Shown one piece after another: positions 31,014 through 42,144 of a DNA stretch of 64,000 nucleotides. The notes under the pieces were generated by a model that saw only the letters and a list, made by a program, of their open reading frames with translations, made no database searches and was not told the DNA's origin. Where the stretch lies: contig OZ252244.1 of NCBI GenBank assembly GCA_965249575.1, forward strand, positions 3,160,702 through 3,224,701, given 5' to 3'. Made by a program: the position numbers and the translations under genes. The stretch's first letter is position 1, and each line of letters starts with the position of its first letter. This DNA is from Gemmatimonadales bacterium. GTDB lineage: Bacteria > Gemmatimonadota > Gemmatimonadetes > Gemmatimonadales > GWC2-71-9.

Positions 31014-31930
31014 CCTCCGCTCTGCTCCATGAGTTGCAGCAGAGGGTCGGATGCGACGTGACTCCGGGGGCGCCCCTCGCCACGCACACGACGTACCGGA
31101 TCGGAGGCCCCGCGGCGGTGTTGGTGACTCCACGCGGGATGGACGAAATTGCGGAGGTTCTCCAGTTCGCCGTGGAGACGGGGACCTCTTGGCTCGTTCT
31201 CGGGCTGGGGTCGAACATCCTGGTTCCGGATAGCGGCTTCGATGGGATCGTGCTCCGTCTGGGCAAGCCGATGGGATCGATCGTTCGGACGGGAGGCGAT
31301 CGTTGGACGGTCGGGGCGGGCCTCCCGACACCGTTGCTGGCTCGAAGAAGCGCGGCGGCCGGCCTGGGCGGCGTCCAGCGACTCGTTGGCGTCCCCGGGA
31401 CCGTTGGTGGCGGGGTATTCATGAATGCTGGAGCCCACGGCCAGGACTACAGCCAGGTGGTGCGCTGGGTTGACATCATCGATCCGGGCGGGCACGCGCG
31501 GCGCCTGCGCGGGGACGACATCGTCTGGCGGTATCGGGGCAGCGGGCTCGAGGGAAGCGTGGTCGCGGCCGCCTCGCTTGCCTTCGAGGCTGGGGACCCG
31601 GCGCTCCTTCTCCGAGAGCTGGGCCACAACCTCCGGCGGCGTCGGCGTGGGACGCCTTTTGACCAGCCGTGCTGCGGCTCAGTGTTTCGAAATCCCGGGG
31701 CCACGGGCGATCCGGATGTTCCGGCCACTGCTGGGAAACTGATCGAGGCGGCGGGGCTCAAGGGATACTCGGTTGGGGGTGCGGGGGTTTCCGGCATGCA
31801 CGCCAACTACATCGTGAACACCGGAGGCGGCACGGCCGCGGACGTCTTGGCAGTGATCGCCCACGTGCGCGAAGACGTCCACCGGAGGTTCGATGTCGAG
31901 CTCGAGCTCGAAGTGAAGGTGATCACGTAG
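31010..31930 (+). CDS. murB: UDP-N-acetylenolpyruvoylglucosamine reductase
   Basis: TTYRIGG, G.GSN.L, PGTVGG.V.MNAGA, GSVFRNP and HANYIVN motifs. Confidence 0.95.
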   Translation: MTSALLHELQQRVGCDVTPGAPLATHTTYRIGGPAAVLVTPRGMDEIAEVLQFAVETGTSWLVLGLGSNILVPDSGFDGIVLRLGKPMGSIVRTGGDRWTVGAGLPTPLLARRSAAAGLGGVQRLVGVPGTVGGGVFMNAGAHGQDYSQVVRWVDIIDPGGHARRLRGDDIVWRYRGSGLEGSVVAAASLAFEAGDPALLLRELGHNLRRRRRGTPFDQPCCGSVFRNPGATGDPDVPATAGKLIEAAGLKGYSVGGAGVSGMHANYIVNTGGGTAADVLAVIAHVREDVHRRFDVELELEVKVIT

Positions 31931-31937
31931 TCCGGCC

Positions 31938-32531
31938 ATGTCTAAGGACTACTTCGCGCATGAAAGCGCCTGCATCGACGAAGGCGCCGAGATCGGCAAG
32001 GGCACCAAGATCTGGCACTTCTGCCATGTCATGGGAGGCGCCAAGATCGGGCGAGGGTGCACGCTCGGTCAGAACGTCGTGGCGATGCCCGGATCCCGCA
32101 TCGGAGACCGCGTGAAGATTCAAAACAACGTGTCCGTGTACGAGGGGGTGGTGCTCGAGGACGATGTGTTCTGCGGCCCGTCGTGCGTCTTTACGAATGT
32201 GTCGAATCCGCGGAGTGAAGTGTCACGGAAGGAGGAGTTCCAGCCAACCGTCATCCGGCGTGGTGCGACCCTTGGGGCGAATGCAACTATCGTCTGCGGT
32301 GTGACGCTGGGTGAATACGCCTTCGTCGGAGCAGGCGCGGTTGTGACAGCGGACGTCGCGTCCTACGCGCTGGTAATAGGGGTTCCGGCTCGGCGCGTTG
32401 GGTGGGTGTGCCGGTGTGGGGAGCGCCTCCCCGAGCATCGAGTGGCGCCCCAGTGCGGGCGATGCGGGCGCCGATATCGGGGCGGAGGTGGTGAAACCGA
32501 GCAGATTGATTTTGACCCCGCGGTAAGCTAA
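31938..32531 (+). CDS. Hexapeptide-repeat N-acetyltransferase, WbpD/WlbB-like
   Basis: KIWHFCHV, KIQNNVSVYEGV, GPSCVFTNV and a C-terminal CRCG...CGRCG ribbon. Confidence 0.85.
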   Translation: MSKDYFAHESACIDEGAEIGKGTKIWHFCHVMGGAKIGRGCTLGQNVVAMPGSRIGDRVKIQNNVSVYEGVVLEDDVFCGPSCVFTNVSNPRSEVSRKEEFQPTVIRRGATLGANATIVCGVTLGEYAFVGAGAVVTADVASYALVIGVPARRVGWVCRCGERLPEHRVAPQCGRCGRRYRGGGGETEQIDFDPAVS

Positions 32532-32562
32532 GTTTTTATCCCTTCTGCACTTGAATAGCGTC

Positions 32563-33678
32563 GTGAACATACCGCTGCTGGACCTCAGAGCCCAGTTTCA
32601 ATCCATTCGGGGCGAAGTTCTGCCGGCGCTCCTTGAGATCGTCGAGCGGCAGCAGTTCATCCTGGGGCCGCCGGTCAGCGCGCTCGAGGCCGCGATCGCC
32701 GAGCGCTGTCACTCGGGCTTTGGGATTGGGTGCGCCAGCGGAACCGACGCGTTGTTGCTCTCGCTCCGGGCACTGGATGTCGGTCCAGGCGCCGAGGTGA
32801 TCACCTCCCCGTTCACGTTCTTCGCGTCGGCGGGCTCGATCCACAACGTGGGGGCCCGGCCGGTGTTCGTGGACATCGACCCGGCCACCTTCCTTCTCGA
32901 CCTCGGTGAGGTCGAGACGCTGATCTCGGATCGGACCCGCGCGATTATTCCGGTGCACCTGTTCGGTCAAATGGCACAGATGGAGCGCGTCACCGCGCTT
33001 GCCGAGCGCCACCACCTCGCGGTCGTCGAAGACGCTGCACAAGCCATCGGCGCGCGCCAGCGGGTGCAGGCGAAGTGGCGGATGGCGGGGGAGCTCGGCA
33101 GCAGTGGAGCGTTCTCTTTTTTCCCCAGCAAGAACCTCGGTGGGTGGGGGGACGGCGGGATGATCGTCACGCGGGACGCGGCGCTGGCCGGTCGGCTGAA
33201 GAGGCTGAGGACACACGGTGGCGCCAAGACGTACCACCATGATGAGGTGGGGTTCAACAGCAGGCTCGATGGCTTGCAAGCGGCTGTTCTGTTGGCGAAG
33301 CTTCCGCACCTCGATGCTTGGGCAGAGGCGCGAAGGGCGAGGGCCGCAATCTACGACGACGCGCTCAGCGATGTGGCGGAGGTAGTCGTGCCGACGACGG
33401 AGCCGTCAAATGAACACGTGTACCACCAATACACGATTCGTGCGGAGCGGCGCGATGACCTTCGGGCGCATCTCGACGGCGCCGCAATAGGTTGTAACGT
33501 GTACTATCCGGTGCCTCTGCATCTACAACCCTGTTTTGCCGGTCTCGGTTACACCGTGGGACGGTTTCCGGAGGCCGAACGCGCGAGCCGCGAAGTCCTA
33601 TCCCTTCCGATCTATCCTGAGCTTGGCGAGGACGATTGTCTGCGTGTCGCCGAGACGATCCGCGGATTCTACCAGTGA
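32563..33678 (+). CDS. DegT/DnrJ/EryC1/StrS aminotransferase, WbpE-like
   Basis: SGTDAL, EDAAQAIG, SFFPSKNLG and GFNSRLD motifs. Start is 32551 or 32563. Confidence 0.9.
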   Translation: MNIPLLDLRAQFQSIRGEVLPALLEIVERQQFILGPPVSALEAAIAERCHSGFGIGCASGTDALLLSLRALDVGPGAEVITSPFTFFASAGSIHNVGARPVFVDIDPATFLLDLGEVETLISDRTRAIIPVHLFGQMAQMERVTALAERHHLAVVEDAAQAIGARQRVQAKWRMAGELGSSGAFSFFPSKNLGGWGDGGMIVTRDAALAGRLKRLRTHGGAKTYHHDEVGFNSRLDGLQAAVLLAKLPHLDAWAEARRARAAIYDDALSDVAEVVVPTTEPSNEHVYHQYTIRAERRDDLRAHLDGAAIGCNVYYPVPLHLQPCFAGLGYTVGRFPEAERASREVLSLPIYPELGEDDCLRVAETIRGFYQ

Positions 33679-34700
33679 GCGACCGTCTCGAGATTGCGGT
33701 CATCGGCGCCGGGAACTGGGGTCGCAACCACATCCGTACGCTGAGTGCCATGCCGGACGTGAACCTCGCGGCGGTGTGTGACCGATCGGGTGAGCGACGT
33801 GAGCTCGTGCGCCAGCTGCATCCCGACGTGGACGTCACCGCGAGTGCCGACGAGGCCATGGACAAGGCGCAGGCAGTGGTCGTCGCGACGCATGCGATGA
33901 CGCACGCGGAGCTGGCGCGCAAGGCGATCGGCCGCGGCCTGCCGGTCCTCGTGGAGAAGCCGTTCACGCTCTCCGTCACTGATGCTGAAGCCGTCGCGCA
34001 GCTGGCCGAGCAGGCGGGTATCCAGGTCGTGGTGGGGCATCTGCTTCTGTTTCATCCGGCCATCGAGCGCCTCAAAGTCATGGTCGACGGCGGTGATCTC
34101 GGGTCCATGTATTATCTGTACGCACAGCGAGTGAATCTGGGCCAGGTGCGTCCCGACGAGAACGCACTGTGGAGTTTTGGCCCGCACGATGTCTCCATTG
34201 CCATTCACTTGTTGGGTCAGACCCCCGGTCGGGTCACCGCGCAGGGCCGAAGCTACCTCCAGGCAGGTATCGAGGATGTCGTGTTTTTGACGATGGAGTT
34301 CGAGTCGGGAGCGATGGCTCACGTGCAGATGTCGTGGCTGGATCCCCATAAGGAGCGACGCCTCACGGTGGTCGGGTCGCGAAAGATGGTGGTCTTCGAT
34401 GACATGCAGGCGCGGGAGAAACTCAAGATCTACGACAAAGGTGTGGATCGGCCGCCCGAGTACTCGTCGTACGGCGAGAGCCTGGCCATCCGCGAAGGCG
34501 ACATTACGATCCCGCGGGTCCCCAATGTCGAGCCGCTCAGCGCCGAGCTGCGCCACTTCGTCGATGTCGCGCGGGGCGTCACGAGCTCGAGGGTCGGACC
34601 GAGGAGTGGTGCGGAGGTCGTGCGGGTGTTGGCCGCGGCGTCGGCGTCGCTGCTCGACGGCGGCCGCAGCGTCGAGCTTGAATCGATGGGGGTCTCGTGA
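33675..34700 (+). CDS. Gfo/Idh/MocA oxidoreductase, WbpB/GnnA-like
   Basis: GAGNWG, VLVEKP, VGHLL.FHP and PHD motifs. Confidence 0.85.
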   Translation: MSDRLEIAVIGAGNWGRNHIRTLSAMPDVNLAAVCDRSGERRELVRQLHPDVDVTASADEAMDKAQAVVVATHAMTHAELARKAIGRGLPVLVEKPFTLSVTDAEAVAQLAEQAGIQVVVGHLLLFHPAIERLKVMVDGGDLGSMYYLYAQRVNLGQVRPDENALWSFGPHDVSIAIHLLGQTPGRVTAQGRSYLQAGIEDVVFLTMEFESGAMAHVQMSWLDPHKERRLTVVGSRKMVVFDDMQAREKLKIYDKGVDRPPEYSSYGESLAIREGDITIPRVPNVEPLSAELRHFVDVARGVTSSRVGPRSGAEVVRVLAAASASLLDGGRSVELESMGVS

Positions 34701-35989
34701 CGGCCGTCGCTGATCTGATTGCCAAGAGCGAGGATCGATCGGCGGTCTTCGGCATCATCGGTCTGGGCTACGTCGGCCTACCGCTGGCCAAGGAGGTCGC
34801 GTCTTCCGGCTATCAGGTCGTCGGGTTCGACGTCAGCCAGCGCGTCGTTGACGGGATCAACGCCGGGGAGTCCCACATCGCGGACGTGTCCAGCGAGGAA
34901 CTCACGAGGTACGTGGGAGACGGCCGCGTGTCGGCGACCTCGGACATGGAACGATTGTCGGACGTAGATGTGGTGTCGATCTGCGTGCCGACACCGCTAT
35001 CAAAGACGAAGGATCCCGATGTTTCCTTCGTAATGGCCGCGGCTGAAGCGGTAACGGCCACGGTGCGGGCCGGCCAGGCCGTGGTGCTCGAGAGCACGAC
35101 ATATCCGGGAACCACGCGCGAGCTATTGCTCCCGCGCATCGAATCGCGAGGGCTCAAGGTTGGCCGCGATGTTTTCCTGGCCTTTAGTCCTGAGCGAGTC
35201 GATCCCGGCAATCCCACGTGGCACACGAGGAACACGCCGAAAGTCGTCGGCGGGATTACCGAGGCGTGCGGCCGGGTCGTGCTCGCGCTCTATAAACCCG
35301 TCTTCGACTGTCTCGTCCCGGTCTCGTCTCCAGAGGCGGCCGAGCTCGTCAAGCTTCTGGAAAACACGTTCCGCAGCGTGAACATCGGTCTCGCCAACGA
35401 GATGGCGATCGTCTGCGACAAGCTGGGCGGGGATGTCTGGGAGGTGATCGATGCCGCGGCCACGAAGCCGTTCGGTTTCATGAAGTTCTCCCCGGGTCCC
35501 GGACTCGGTGGCCATTGTATCCCGATCGATCCACACTATCTCGCGTGGAAGATGCGCGGGCTCAACTACAAGACCCGGTTCATCGATGTGGCGGGTGAAG
35601 TCAACTCGGAGATGCCCGCGTTTTGGGTACGGAAGGTGGCGGAGGCGCTCAACGAAGGCGCCAAGGCCGTGAGGGGATCGCGGGTGCTCCTCCTGGGCGT
35701 CTCGTACAAGAAGGACGTCGACGACGTGCGTGAGAGTCCGGCACTCGACATCATCCGGCTCCTCCAACAGCAGGGTGCTCAGGTTCGGTATCACGACCCC
35801 TACGTCACGACGGTGAGCGAGGATGGAACGGTCCTCGACAGTGTGGCTCTCACCTCAGACGAAGTGCGTAGTGCGGATTGCATCCTCATCGCGACGGATC
35901 ATTCGAATGTGGACTATCGCATGATATCGAAGGAGGCCTCGCGGGTGGTGGATACGCGGAACGTGCTGAATCGGAAGGAGCCGTCGTGA
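34697..35989 (+). CDS. UDP-N-acetylglucosamine 6-dehydrogenase-like (WbpA/WbpO family)
   Basis: GLGYVGLP, ICVPTP, LESTTYPGT, FSPER.DPG and GGHCIP.DP motifs. Confidence 0.85.
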   Translation: MTAVADLIAKSEDRSAVFGIIGLGYVGLPLAKEVASSGYQVVGFDVSQRVVDGINAGESHIADVSSEELTRYVGDGRVSATSDMERLSDVDVVSICVPTPLSKTKDPDVSFVMAAAEAVTATVRAGQAVVLESTTYPGTTRELLLPRIESRGLKVGRDVFLAFSPERVDPGNPTWHTRNTPKVVGGITEACGRVVLALYKPVFDCLVPVSSPEAAELVKLLENTFRSVNIGLANEMAIVCDKLGGDVWEVIDAAATKPFGFMKFSPGPGLGGHCIPIDPHYLAWKMRGLNYKTRFIDVAGEVNSEMPAFWVRKVAEALNEGAKAVRGSRVLLLGVSYKKDVDDVRESPALDIIRLLQQQGAQVRYHDPYVTTVSEDGTVLDSVALTSDEVRSADCILIATDHSNVDYRMISKEASRVVDTRNVLNRKEPS

Positions 35990-37287
35990 AGGTCGCAGTC
36001 GTTGGAACCGGCTATGTGGGTCTGGTGGTCGGGGCTTGCCTAGCGGAGACCGGGAACGAGGTGGTCTGCGCCGATCTCAGCGACCAAAAGATCAACCAGC
36101 TCAAGACCAACCGGATCCCCATCTACGAGCCCGGCCTGGAACCGTTAGTGCTTCGTAACCAGCAAGAGGGCCGACTGCGGTTCACCACCGACGTCGGAAC
36201 CGCGGTCAAAATGGCGGACGTGGTGTTCATCGCCGTCGGCACGCCGGCCGGTGAGGACGGCTCCGCCGATCTCCAGCACGTGCTCGCGGTGGCGGAAACG
36301 ATCGGCGAGAACATGGACCGACCGAAGGTGGTGATTACCAAGAGCACCGTTCCCGTGGGCACAGCCTCCAAAGTGCGTGACGTCATCGCATCTCGGACCA
36401 GCGAGCGGTTTCATGTCTGTTCGAATCCGGAGTTCCTGAAGGAGGGGGCTGCCGTCGAGGACTTCATGAAGCCCGATCGTGTCGTCGTGGGCGTCGACTC
36501 CGACGAGGCGGCCCAACTGCTACAGGAACTCTACAGTCCATTCGTGCGCACCGGGAACCCGCTGATCTTCATGGACGTCCCGTCGGCCGAGCTCACCAAG
36601 TACGCGGCAAACGCCATGCTGGCGACTCGGATCACGTTCATGAACCAGATCGCGGAAGTCTGCGAACACATCGGGGCTGACATCACGTTGGTTCGCAAGG
36701 GAGTGGGGAGCGACTCGCGCATTGGCCCGGCGTTCCTCTTCCCCGGCCCCGGATATGGGGGATCGTGCTTCCCAAAGGACGTCCGGGCGCTGATCCGCAC
36801 GTCCGAGGATTGCGGGGTTTCGCTCGAAGTGCTGAAAGCGGTCGAGGCCGTCAACGAGCGGCAAAAAACGCGACTCCTGGAAAAGTTGACCCAGGTTCTC
36901 GACGGAGGGCTCGCGAACGCCACTATTGCGGTTTGGGGACTCGCGTTCAAGGCACGCACGGATGACATGCGCGAGAGTCCGGCTATCGAGCTGATCGAGG
37001 GCTTGCTCGCGCAGGGGGCGACCGTGCAGGCGCATGATCCTGCCGCGATCGAAACGGCCCGCGGCGTCTTCGGGGATCGGATCACCTATTCCGATCGCGC
37101 CTATGACGCCCTCGATGGAGCCGAGGCGCTGGTCATCGTGACCGAATGGCTGGAGTTCCGTAACCCTGATTTCGCGCGAATGAAAGATTTACTACGGCGC
37201 CCGGTGATCGTTGACGGCCGCAACCTCTACAACCCGACCAAGATGCGCGGCCTGGGGTTCACCTATGTCGGGATCGGACGGGGGTGA
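35986..37287 (+). CDS. ugd: UDP-glucose 6-dehydrogenase
   Basis: [33 protein letters not shown] and DDMRESP motifs. Confidence 0.9.
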   Translation: MKVAVVGTGYVGLVVGACLAETGNEVVCADLSDQKINQLKTNRIPIYEPGLEPLVLRNQQEGRLRFTTDVGTAVKMADVVFIAVGTPAGEDGSADLQHVLAVAETIGENMDRPKVVITKSTVPVGTASKVRDVIASRTSERFHVCSNPEFLKEGAAVEDFMKPDRVVVGVDSDEAAQLLQELYSPFVRTGNPLIFMDVPSAELTKYAANAMLATRITFMNQIAEVCEHIGADITLVRKGVGSDSRIGPAFLFPGPGYGGSCFPKDVRALIRTSEDCGVSLEVLKAVEAVNERQKTRLLEKLTQVLDGGLANATIAVWGLAFKARTDDMRESPAIELIEGLLAQGATVQAHDPAAIETARGVFGDRITYSDRAYDALDGAEALVIVTEWLEFRNPDFARMKDLLRRPVIVDGRNLYNPTKMRGLGFTYVGIGRG

Positions 37288-37291
37288 ATTC

Positions 37292-38227
37292 GTGAGAATA
37301 CTCGTCACGGGTGCCGGGGGGTTCCTCGGGTCTCACCTTTCCGACCGGTTGGTGCGCGAGGGCCACGAAGTCGTCGGCATGGACAACTTCATTACCGGTT
37401 GCGAGGCCAACATCGCCCACCTCGGTACGGAGCCGCGCTTCACCTTCGTCAAGCATGACGTAACGCAGTTCGTTGATGTGAGCGGTCCGGTCGATGCTGT
37501 CTTCCACCTGGCATCGCCGGCGAGCCCGATCGACTATCTGCGCCTGCCAATCCAGACCTTGAAGGTGGGTGCCCTTGGCACCCACAACACCCTGGGTTTG
37601 GCCAAAGCGAAGGGCGCGACGTACTTCCTGGCGAGCACCTCCGAGGTGTATGGCGATCCGCACGTGCACCCCCAGCCGGAGTCGTACTGGGGACACGTGA
37701 ATCCGGTGGGTCCCCGGGGCGTATACGACGAGGCCAAGCGTTTCGCCGAAGCGATGACCATGGCGTACCACCGGTATCACGGTGTCGATACGCGAATTGC
37801 TCGAATCTTCAATACCTACGGGCCCCGCATGCGCCCGGACGACGGGCGGGTCGTGTCGAATTTCATCGTGCAGGCGATCCGGGGTGAGCCCTTGACGGTA
37901 TACGGCGACGGATCTCAAACGCGCTCGTTCTGCTACGTCGACGACCTCATCGAGGGGTTCGTTCGTCTGCTCGTGCGGGGAAACTCGGATCCCACGAACT
38001 TGGGTAATCCGGCGGAGTTCAGCGTACGGGGCCTCGCCGAGCTGGTGCGGGAGCAGCTTGGCTCCAAGACCCCCATCGTCGAAAGGCCCCTTCCAACCGA
38101 CGACCCCAAACAGCGCCGGCCCGACATCTCCCGTGCGAACGGTCTCCTCGGCTGGGAGCCGGCGGTGCAGCTCGAGGAGGGGCTCCGGCGCACCATCGCG
38201 CACTTCCAGAGCTCGCTAGCGGCGTGA
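37292..38227 (+). CDS. UDP-glucuronate decarboxylase (UDP-xylose synthase)-like
   Basis: [24 protein letters not shown] and [10 protein letters not shown] motifs. Confidence 0.85.
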   Translation: MRILVTGAGGFLGSHLSDRLVREGHEVVGMDNFITGCEANIAHLGTEPRFTFVKHDVTQFVDVSGPVDAVFHLASPASPIDYLRLPIQTLKVGALGTHNTLGLAKAKGATYFLASTSEVYGDPHVHPQPESYWGHVNPVGPRGVYDEAKRFAEAMTMAYHRYHGVDTRIARIFNTYGPRMRPDDGRVVSNFIVQAIRGEPLTVYGDGSQTRSFCYVDDLIEGFVRLLVRGNSDPTNLGNPAEFSVRGLAELVREQLGSKTPIVERPLPTDDPKQRRPDISRANGLLGWEPAVQLEEGLRRTIAHFQSSLAA

Positions 38228-39195
38228 GCGAGCGCGTGATCGTCACCGGCGCCGCGGGATTCATCGGTGGACACGCGTGCCGGGCGCTCCTCGGGGCAGG
38301 GTACGGCGTAATCGGGTTGGACAATTTCGACCCGTTTTACGATCGCAAAGTCAAGGAAAGCGCTGTCGCCGATCTGTCGGCTTCCGCGACCTTCTCGTTC
38401 GTCGAGGGCGACGTTCGAGACTCCGAGGCTCTGGACCACGTGTGCCGTGGCGCGAGCGTCATCGTCCACTTGGCGGCCCGCGCAGGAGTTCGGCCGAGCA
38501 TCCAGGATCCCGTGTTCTATGCCTCCACCAACGTGGAGGGGACCGTATCAGTCTTGGAGGCGAGCCGCCGAGCGGGAATCCGACGGATCGTGTTCGGGTC
38601 CTCGTCGTCGGTGTACGGCAACAGCTCCGCGGTTCCGTTTTGCGAGACCGCGCCGGCAGTGGATCCCATCTCGCCGTACGCGGCCACGAAACGTGCCGGC
38701 GAACTCATTGCGTCCGTCTACACCGGCCTGCATGGGTTCCGAGTCGCAGCATTGCGATTCTTCACTGCCTATGGTCCCCGGCAGCGACCAGATCTGGCCA
38801 TTCACCGGTTTACCAAGCTCCTGCTCGATGGTCGTACGGTTCCCCAGTACGGCGACGGCTCCAGCGAACGGGACTACACGCACGTCGACGACGTGGTACG
38901 CGGCGTCGTCGGGGCGATCGAGTGGACGCAGGCTCCGGATGCCGCGTTTGAGATCTTCAACCTTGGCGAATCGAGGATGGTCAGACTCGACTACCTAATA
39001 GATCTCATCGCGACAGCCGCCGGGGTGCCCGCCGCTGTCGAGACACTTCCCGAGCAGCCCGGTGACGTCCGGCGCACGTGCGCGGATATCCAGAAAGCTC
39101 GGCGCGTCCTGGGTTACGATCCGCAGGTGGTGATTGAAGACGGGATTCCCAAGTTTGTCCAATGGTATCGGGAGGCTTATGGACGTCAGTCCTAA
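38224..39195 (+). CDS. NAD-dependent epimerase (UDP-glucuronate 4-epimerase-like)
   Basis: [30 protein letters not shown] and GP.QRPDLA motifs. Confidence 0.85.
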   Translation: MSERVIVTGAAGFIGGHACRALLGAGYGVIGLDNFDPFYDRKVKESAVADLSASATFSFVEGDVRDSEALDHVCRGASVIVHLAARAGVRPSIQDPVFYASTNVEGTVSVLEASRRAGIRRIVFGSSSSVYGNSSAVPFCETAPAVDPISPYAATKRAGELIASVYTGLHGFRVAALRFFTAYGPRQRPDLAIHRFTKLLLDGRTVPQYGDGSSERDYTHVDDVVRGVVGAIEWTQAPDAAFEIFNLGESRMVRLDYLIDLIATAAGVPAAVETLPEQPGDVRRTCADIQKARRVLGYDPQVVIEDGIPKFVQWYREAYGRQS

Positions 39196-39889
39196 CCAAC
39201 TCATGGAGCAGGCCAAGGAGCGATTCGCGCTCCAAGACTACTACGGGTGTATCCATCTCCTCGAAGATGTCGTGGAGTCGGGCCGTGCCTTCGCGGATGC
39301 GTACCACCTGCTGGGGCTGGCGTTCCATCTCGTCGATCAGCCCGAGCGCGCACTCGAGCTACTCGATCACGCGCTGTCGCTGAACCCGAACTACGTCGAG
39401 GCGTGCTTGCATCGCGGACTGGTGCTCAACACGCTCGGCCGCTCCGACGACGCAGAGGCTGCCTTTGCGCGCGCCCGGGGAATCAAGGGGCAGGACCAGC
39501 AAGGAATCTCGGCGTTTCAGGCTGCCAAGCTGGCCAATCAGCATGCCGCCTTGGGCGAAGCGTATAGCGAAGCCGGCGCGTTACCCCCCGCCATCGAGCA
39601 GTACCGAGCCGCCCTGCGGCTGGGGCCGGGTTTTCACGACCTCCGCTACAGGCTGGCGAGGCTCCTCCTCGAGGCCGGCCGCTCACTCGATGCCCGCGAG
39701 GAGCTTCAGCAGGTCGTGGATGCCCGTCCCGGGTTCGTCGATGCGCGGGCTGCGCTCGGAATGGCCTATTACGTCTCCGGCGACATGTCATCGGCCCAGG
39801 ACATCTGGACGAAGCTCGAGCACGATCATCCCGGCGACGGGCGGGCCAAGGCCTATCTGGCCCTGTTGGAGCGCTCGCAGTCCAAGTGA
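39179..39889 (+). CDS. Tetratricopeptide repeat protein
   Basis: Repeated TPR units such as ALSLNPNYVEACLHRG; RBS GGAGG. Confidence 0.8.
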   Translation: MDVSPNQLMEQAKERFALQDYYGCIHLLEDVVESGRAFADAYHLLGLAFHLVDQPERALELLDHALSLNPNYVEACLHRGLVLNTLGRSDDAEAAFARARGIKGQDQQGISAFQAAKLANQHAALGEAYSEAGALPPAIEQYRAALRLGPGFHDLRYRLARLLLEAGRSLDAREELQQVVDARPGFVDARAALGMAYYVSGDMSSAQDIWTKLEHDHPGDGRAKAYLALLERSQSK

Positions 39890-40809
39890 CGAAGCGCGTC
39901 TGTCCGGCGCGACGGTGCGCCGTCTTCGTTTCCGTGCTGATGCTGGGGTGTGGGGGGGGCGCCGCGGATCACGAGACGCTGGGCGACCGGGCCTATACCG
40001 AGCGGCAATTCGGCGATGCAGTCGTCGAGTACCGTCTGGCGCTCCTGCAGCATGCGCCGGACCCGGACGTCAGGGCAAAGGCTGGCGGGGCTGCCCTCCA
40101 CGCCGGTGAGCTGGTGGTGGCCGCCGAGGAATACGCCGCGCTCGCTGTCGAAGCGCCGGAGCGGCAGTCGGAGGCAGCCGACGGGCTCGAGCGGGTGGCG
40201 CGCGCTGCGCTTGACCGGGGGGATGGGGTGGCCGTCGCAGCGGCCATCGCGAATCTTCGGCGGGTCGCCCCGGTGCGGGCGCTGGGTGGGTTCGCGGCTC
40301 AGCTGGCGAGGGGGCTCGGGGCGATCCCGAATGCGGAAGAGGCGGTCGCCATTCTCCCCTACGCGGCCGCCGCCGCTCCCGACGTGCGGATCCAGGACTC
40401 ACTTCTCTACGCCTACGCGACCGCCCTGACTCGACGGAGGCGTTGCGCGGATGCCTCGACGGTTTTCGAGGGGTTGATTCGCCGGCAGCGGGACTCCGCG
40501 CTCGTTGCGGCCGCCGGAACCAGCCTGTCACGATGCGCGCTCAGCCTCGGTCGCGGGGCGCTCGACGCCGGGCAGCCGCTGGTAGCGGAGGAGTGGTTTC
40601 GGAAAGCCGTCTTCGACGGGAGTCGCGGTGACTACTCCCGCGCGGCGTACATTGGTTTAGGGGACGTCATGTTCGCGCGTGGGAACTACACCGACGCGGC
40701 GGACGCCTACTACGAAGCCGCCGTTGGCGCACCACCGGGTGACTCGCTCGCCTCCACCGCATGGGAGCGGCTGAACGCGCTCGCGGATGCCGGAACGGTT
40801 GTTCCCTGA
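39886..40809 (+). CDS. TPR-like lipoprotein
   Basis: Lipobox MLG-C and helical repeats. Confidence 0.7.
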   Translation: MTKRVCPARRCAVFVSVLMLGCGGGAADHETLGDRAYTERQFGDAVVEYRLALLQHAPDPDVRAKAGGAALHAGELVVAAEEYAALAVEAPERQSEAADGLERVARAALDRGDGVAVAAAIANLRRVAPVRALGGFAAQLARGLGAIPNAEEAVAILPYAAAAAPDVRIQDSLLYAYATALTRRRRCADASTVFEGLIRRQRDSALVAAAGTSLSRCALSLGRGALDAGQPLVAEEWFRKAVFDGSRGDYSRAAYIGLGDVMFARGNYTDAADAYYEAAVGAPPGDSLASTAWERLNALADAGTVVP

Positions 40810-40826
40810 ACGGTGTTCAAGATTTC

Positions 40827-41561
40827 ATGAGACCGATCGTGATTGGCGCCGTGGCCGTGCTCCTCGGGTGCGGGGGATTCAACCCCCGGAAACACGTGAC
40901 ACCCGAGACGCTGTTCGAAGCCTCGAAGCGTGAGTTTCGTCGCGGCAACTTTGGTGGCGCGCTCGAGGGATTCGAGAGCGTGACCGCTCAGCTCCCACGC
41001 AACGACCCCCTGCTGCCGCAGGCGCGGTACTACCTGGCCGAATCCAACTTCGCCCGGACGGAACTGCTGGAGGCCTCTCGGCAATTCCGCCGCGTGTCCG
41101 ATGAGCATCCTGCCCACGAGCTGGCGCCGAGGGCCCTGCTTCGAGCGGGCGACGCGTCCGCGGCGCTGTGGTCGCGGCCGGAGCTCGACCCGACATACGG
41201 GCAGGCAGCAATATCGACCTATCGGGAGCTGCTCGGCCGCTTTCCCAACAGCCCGGAAGCAGTGCGTGCCCGGAAGAAGATCGCTGCTTTGGGGGAGCGC
41301 TTTGCAGCGAAGGATTTTCGAAACGGCAACTTCTACTTGCGGCTCGGGGGCTACGACTCGGCCATCATCTATTTCCGCAGCGTCGTGGCGAACTATCCCG
41401 AGAGCCGGACGGCGCCCGCGGCCCTCATCAAGCTCGTCGAGGCCTACCGGAAGATCGGCTATGCCGATGAGCGCCGGGAGACTTGCGCCCATCTCCGGCG
41501 GTACTACGCCGATGCCGAGGGTCTCGACGACGCCTGCCCCGTGGAAGCGGCCGCCCGCTAG
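40827..41561 (+). CDS. bamD: Outer membrane protein assembly factor BamD
   Basis: Lipobox LLG-C, TPR-like helices, PELD.T and FPNS...FY....YDSAIIYF. Confidence 0.85.
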   Translation: MRPIVIGAVAVLLGCGGFNPRKHVTPETLFEASKREFRRGNFGGALEGFESVTAQLPRNDPLLPQARYYLAESNFARTELLEASRQFRRVSDEHPAHELAPRALLRAGDASAALWSRPELDPTYGQAAISTYRELLGRFPNSPEAVRARKKIAALGERFAAKDFRNGNFYLRLGGYDSAIIYFRSVVANYPESRTAPAALIKLVEAYRKIGYADERRETCAHLRRYYADAEGLDDACPVEAAAR

Positions 41562-41568
41562 GCCCGCG

Positions 41569-42144
41569 GTGCGCGTTGGGGTGTTCGGCGGGTCGTTCGA
41601 CCCGGTTCACAACGGGCACTTGCGGGCGGCGCGGCTGGTGGCCGATCGGCTCAACCTCGACCAAGTTCGCTGGATCCCGGCTCGCGATCAGCCGTTCAAG
41701 TCGGGCCGTCACATTGCGTCCCCCACCGACCGGGTCGCGATGCTCCGCATTGCGCTGGGCGATGCTCCCGACTCAGTCCTGGATCATCGGGAGCTCCACC
41801 GATCCGGCCCGTCCTATACCGTCGATACGCTGCGGGAGCTGGCGACGGAGTTTCCGGACGACCGGTTATTCTTATTGCTTGGGGCGGATGCCGCTCGTGA
41901 GTTCCCGGCGTGGCGCGAGGCGAACGACGTGGCGCGGCTAGCCCACGTCGTCGCGTTCACGCGAGCGGGCGCCCTGTTGCCGGACCATCCCCTGATCGGG
42001 ACGCGACTGGACGTGCCGGCCCTGGAGATCTCGGCGACCGCGATTCGCGATGCCGCTGCCAGGGGAGAATCCGTTGGCGGAGCGGTCCCCGTGGGGGTCG
42101 CCCGGTACATCTGGGATCACCACCTGTACGGAAGCGAGGGTTAA
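41569..42144 (+). CDS. nadD: Nicotinate-nucleotide adenylyltransferase
   Basis: GGSFDPVHNGH, SYTVDTL, LGAD and ISATAIR motifs. Confidence 0.93.
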   Translation: MRVGVFGGSFDPVHNGHLRAARLVADRLNLDQVRWIPARDQPFKSGRHIASPTDRVAMLRIALGDAPDSVLDHRELHRSGPSYTVDTLRELATEFPDDRLFLLLGADAAREFPAWREANDVARLAHVVAFTRAGALLPDHPLIGTRLDVPALEISATAIRDAAARGESVGGAVPVGVARYIWDHHLYGSEG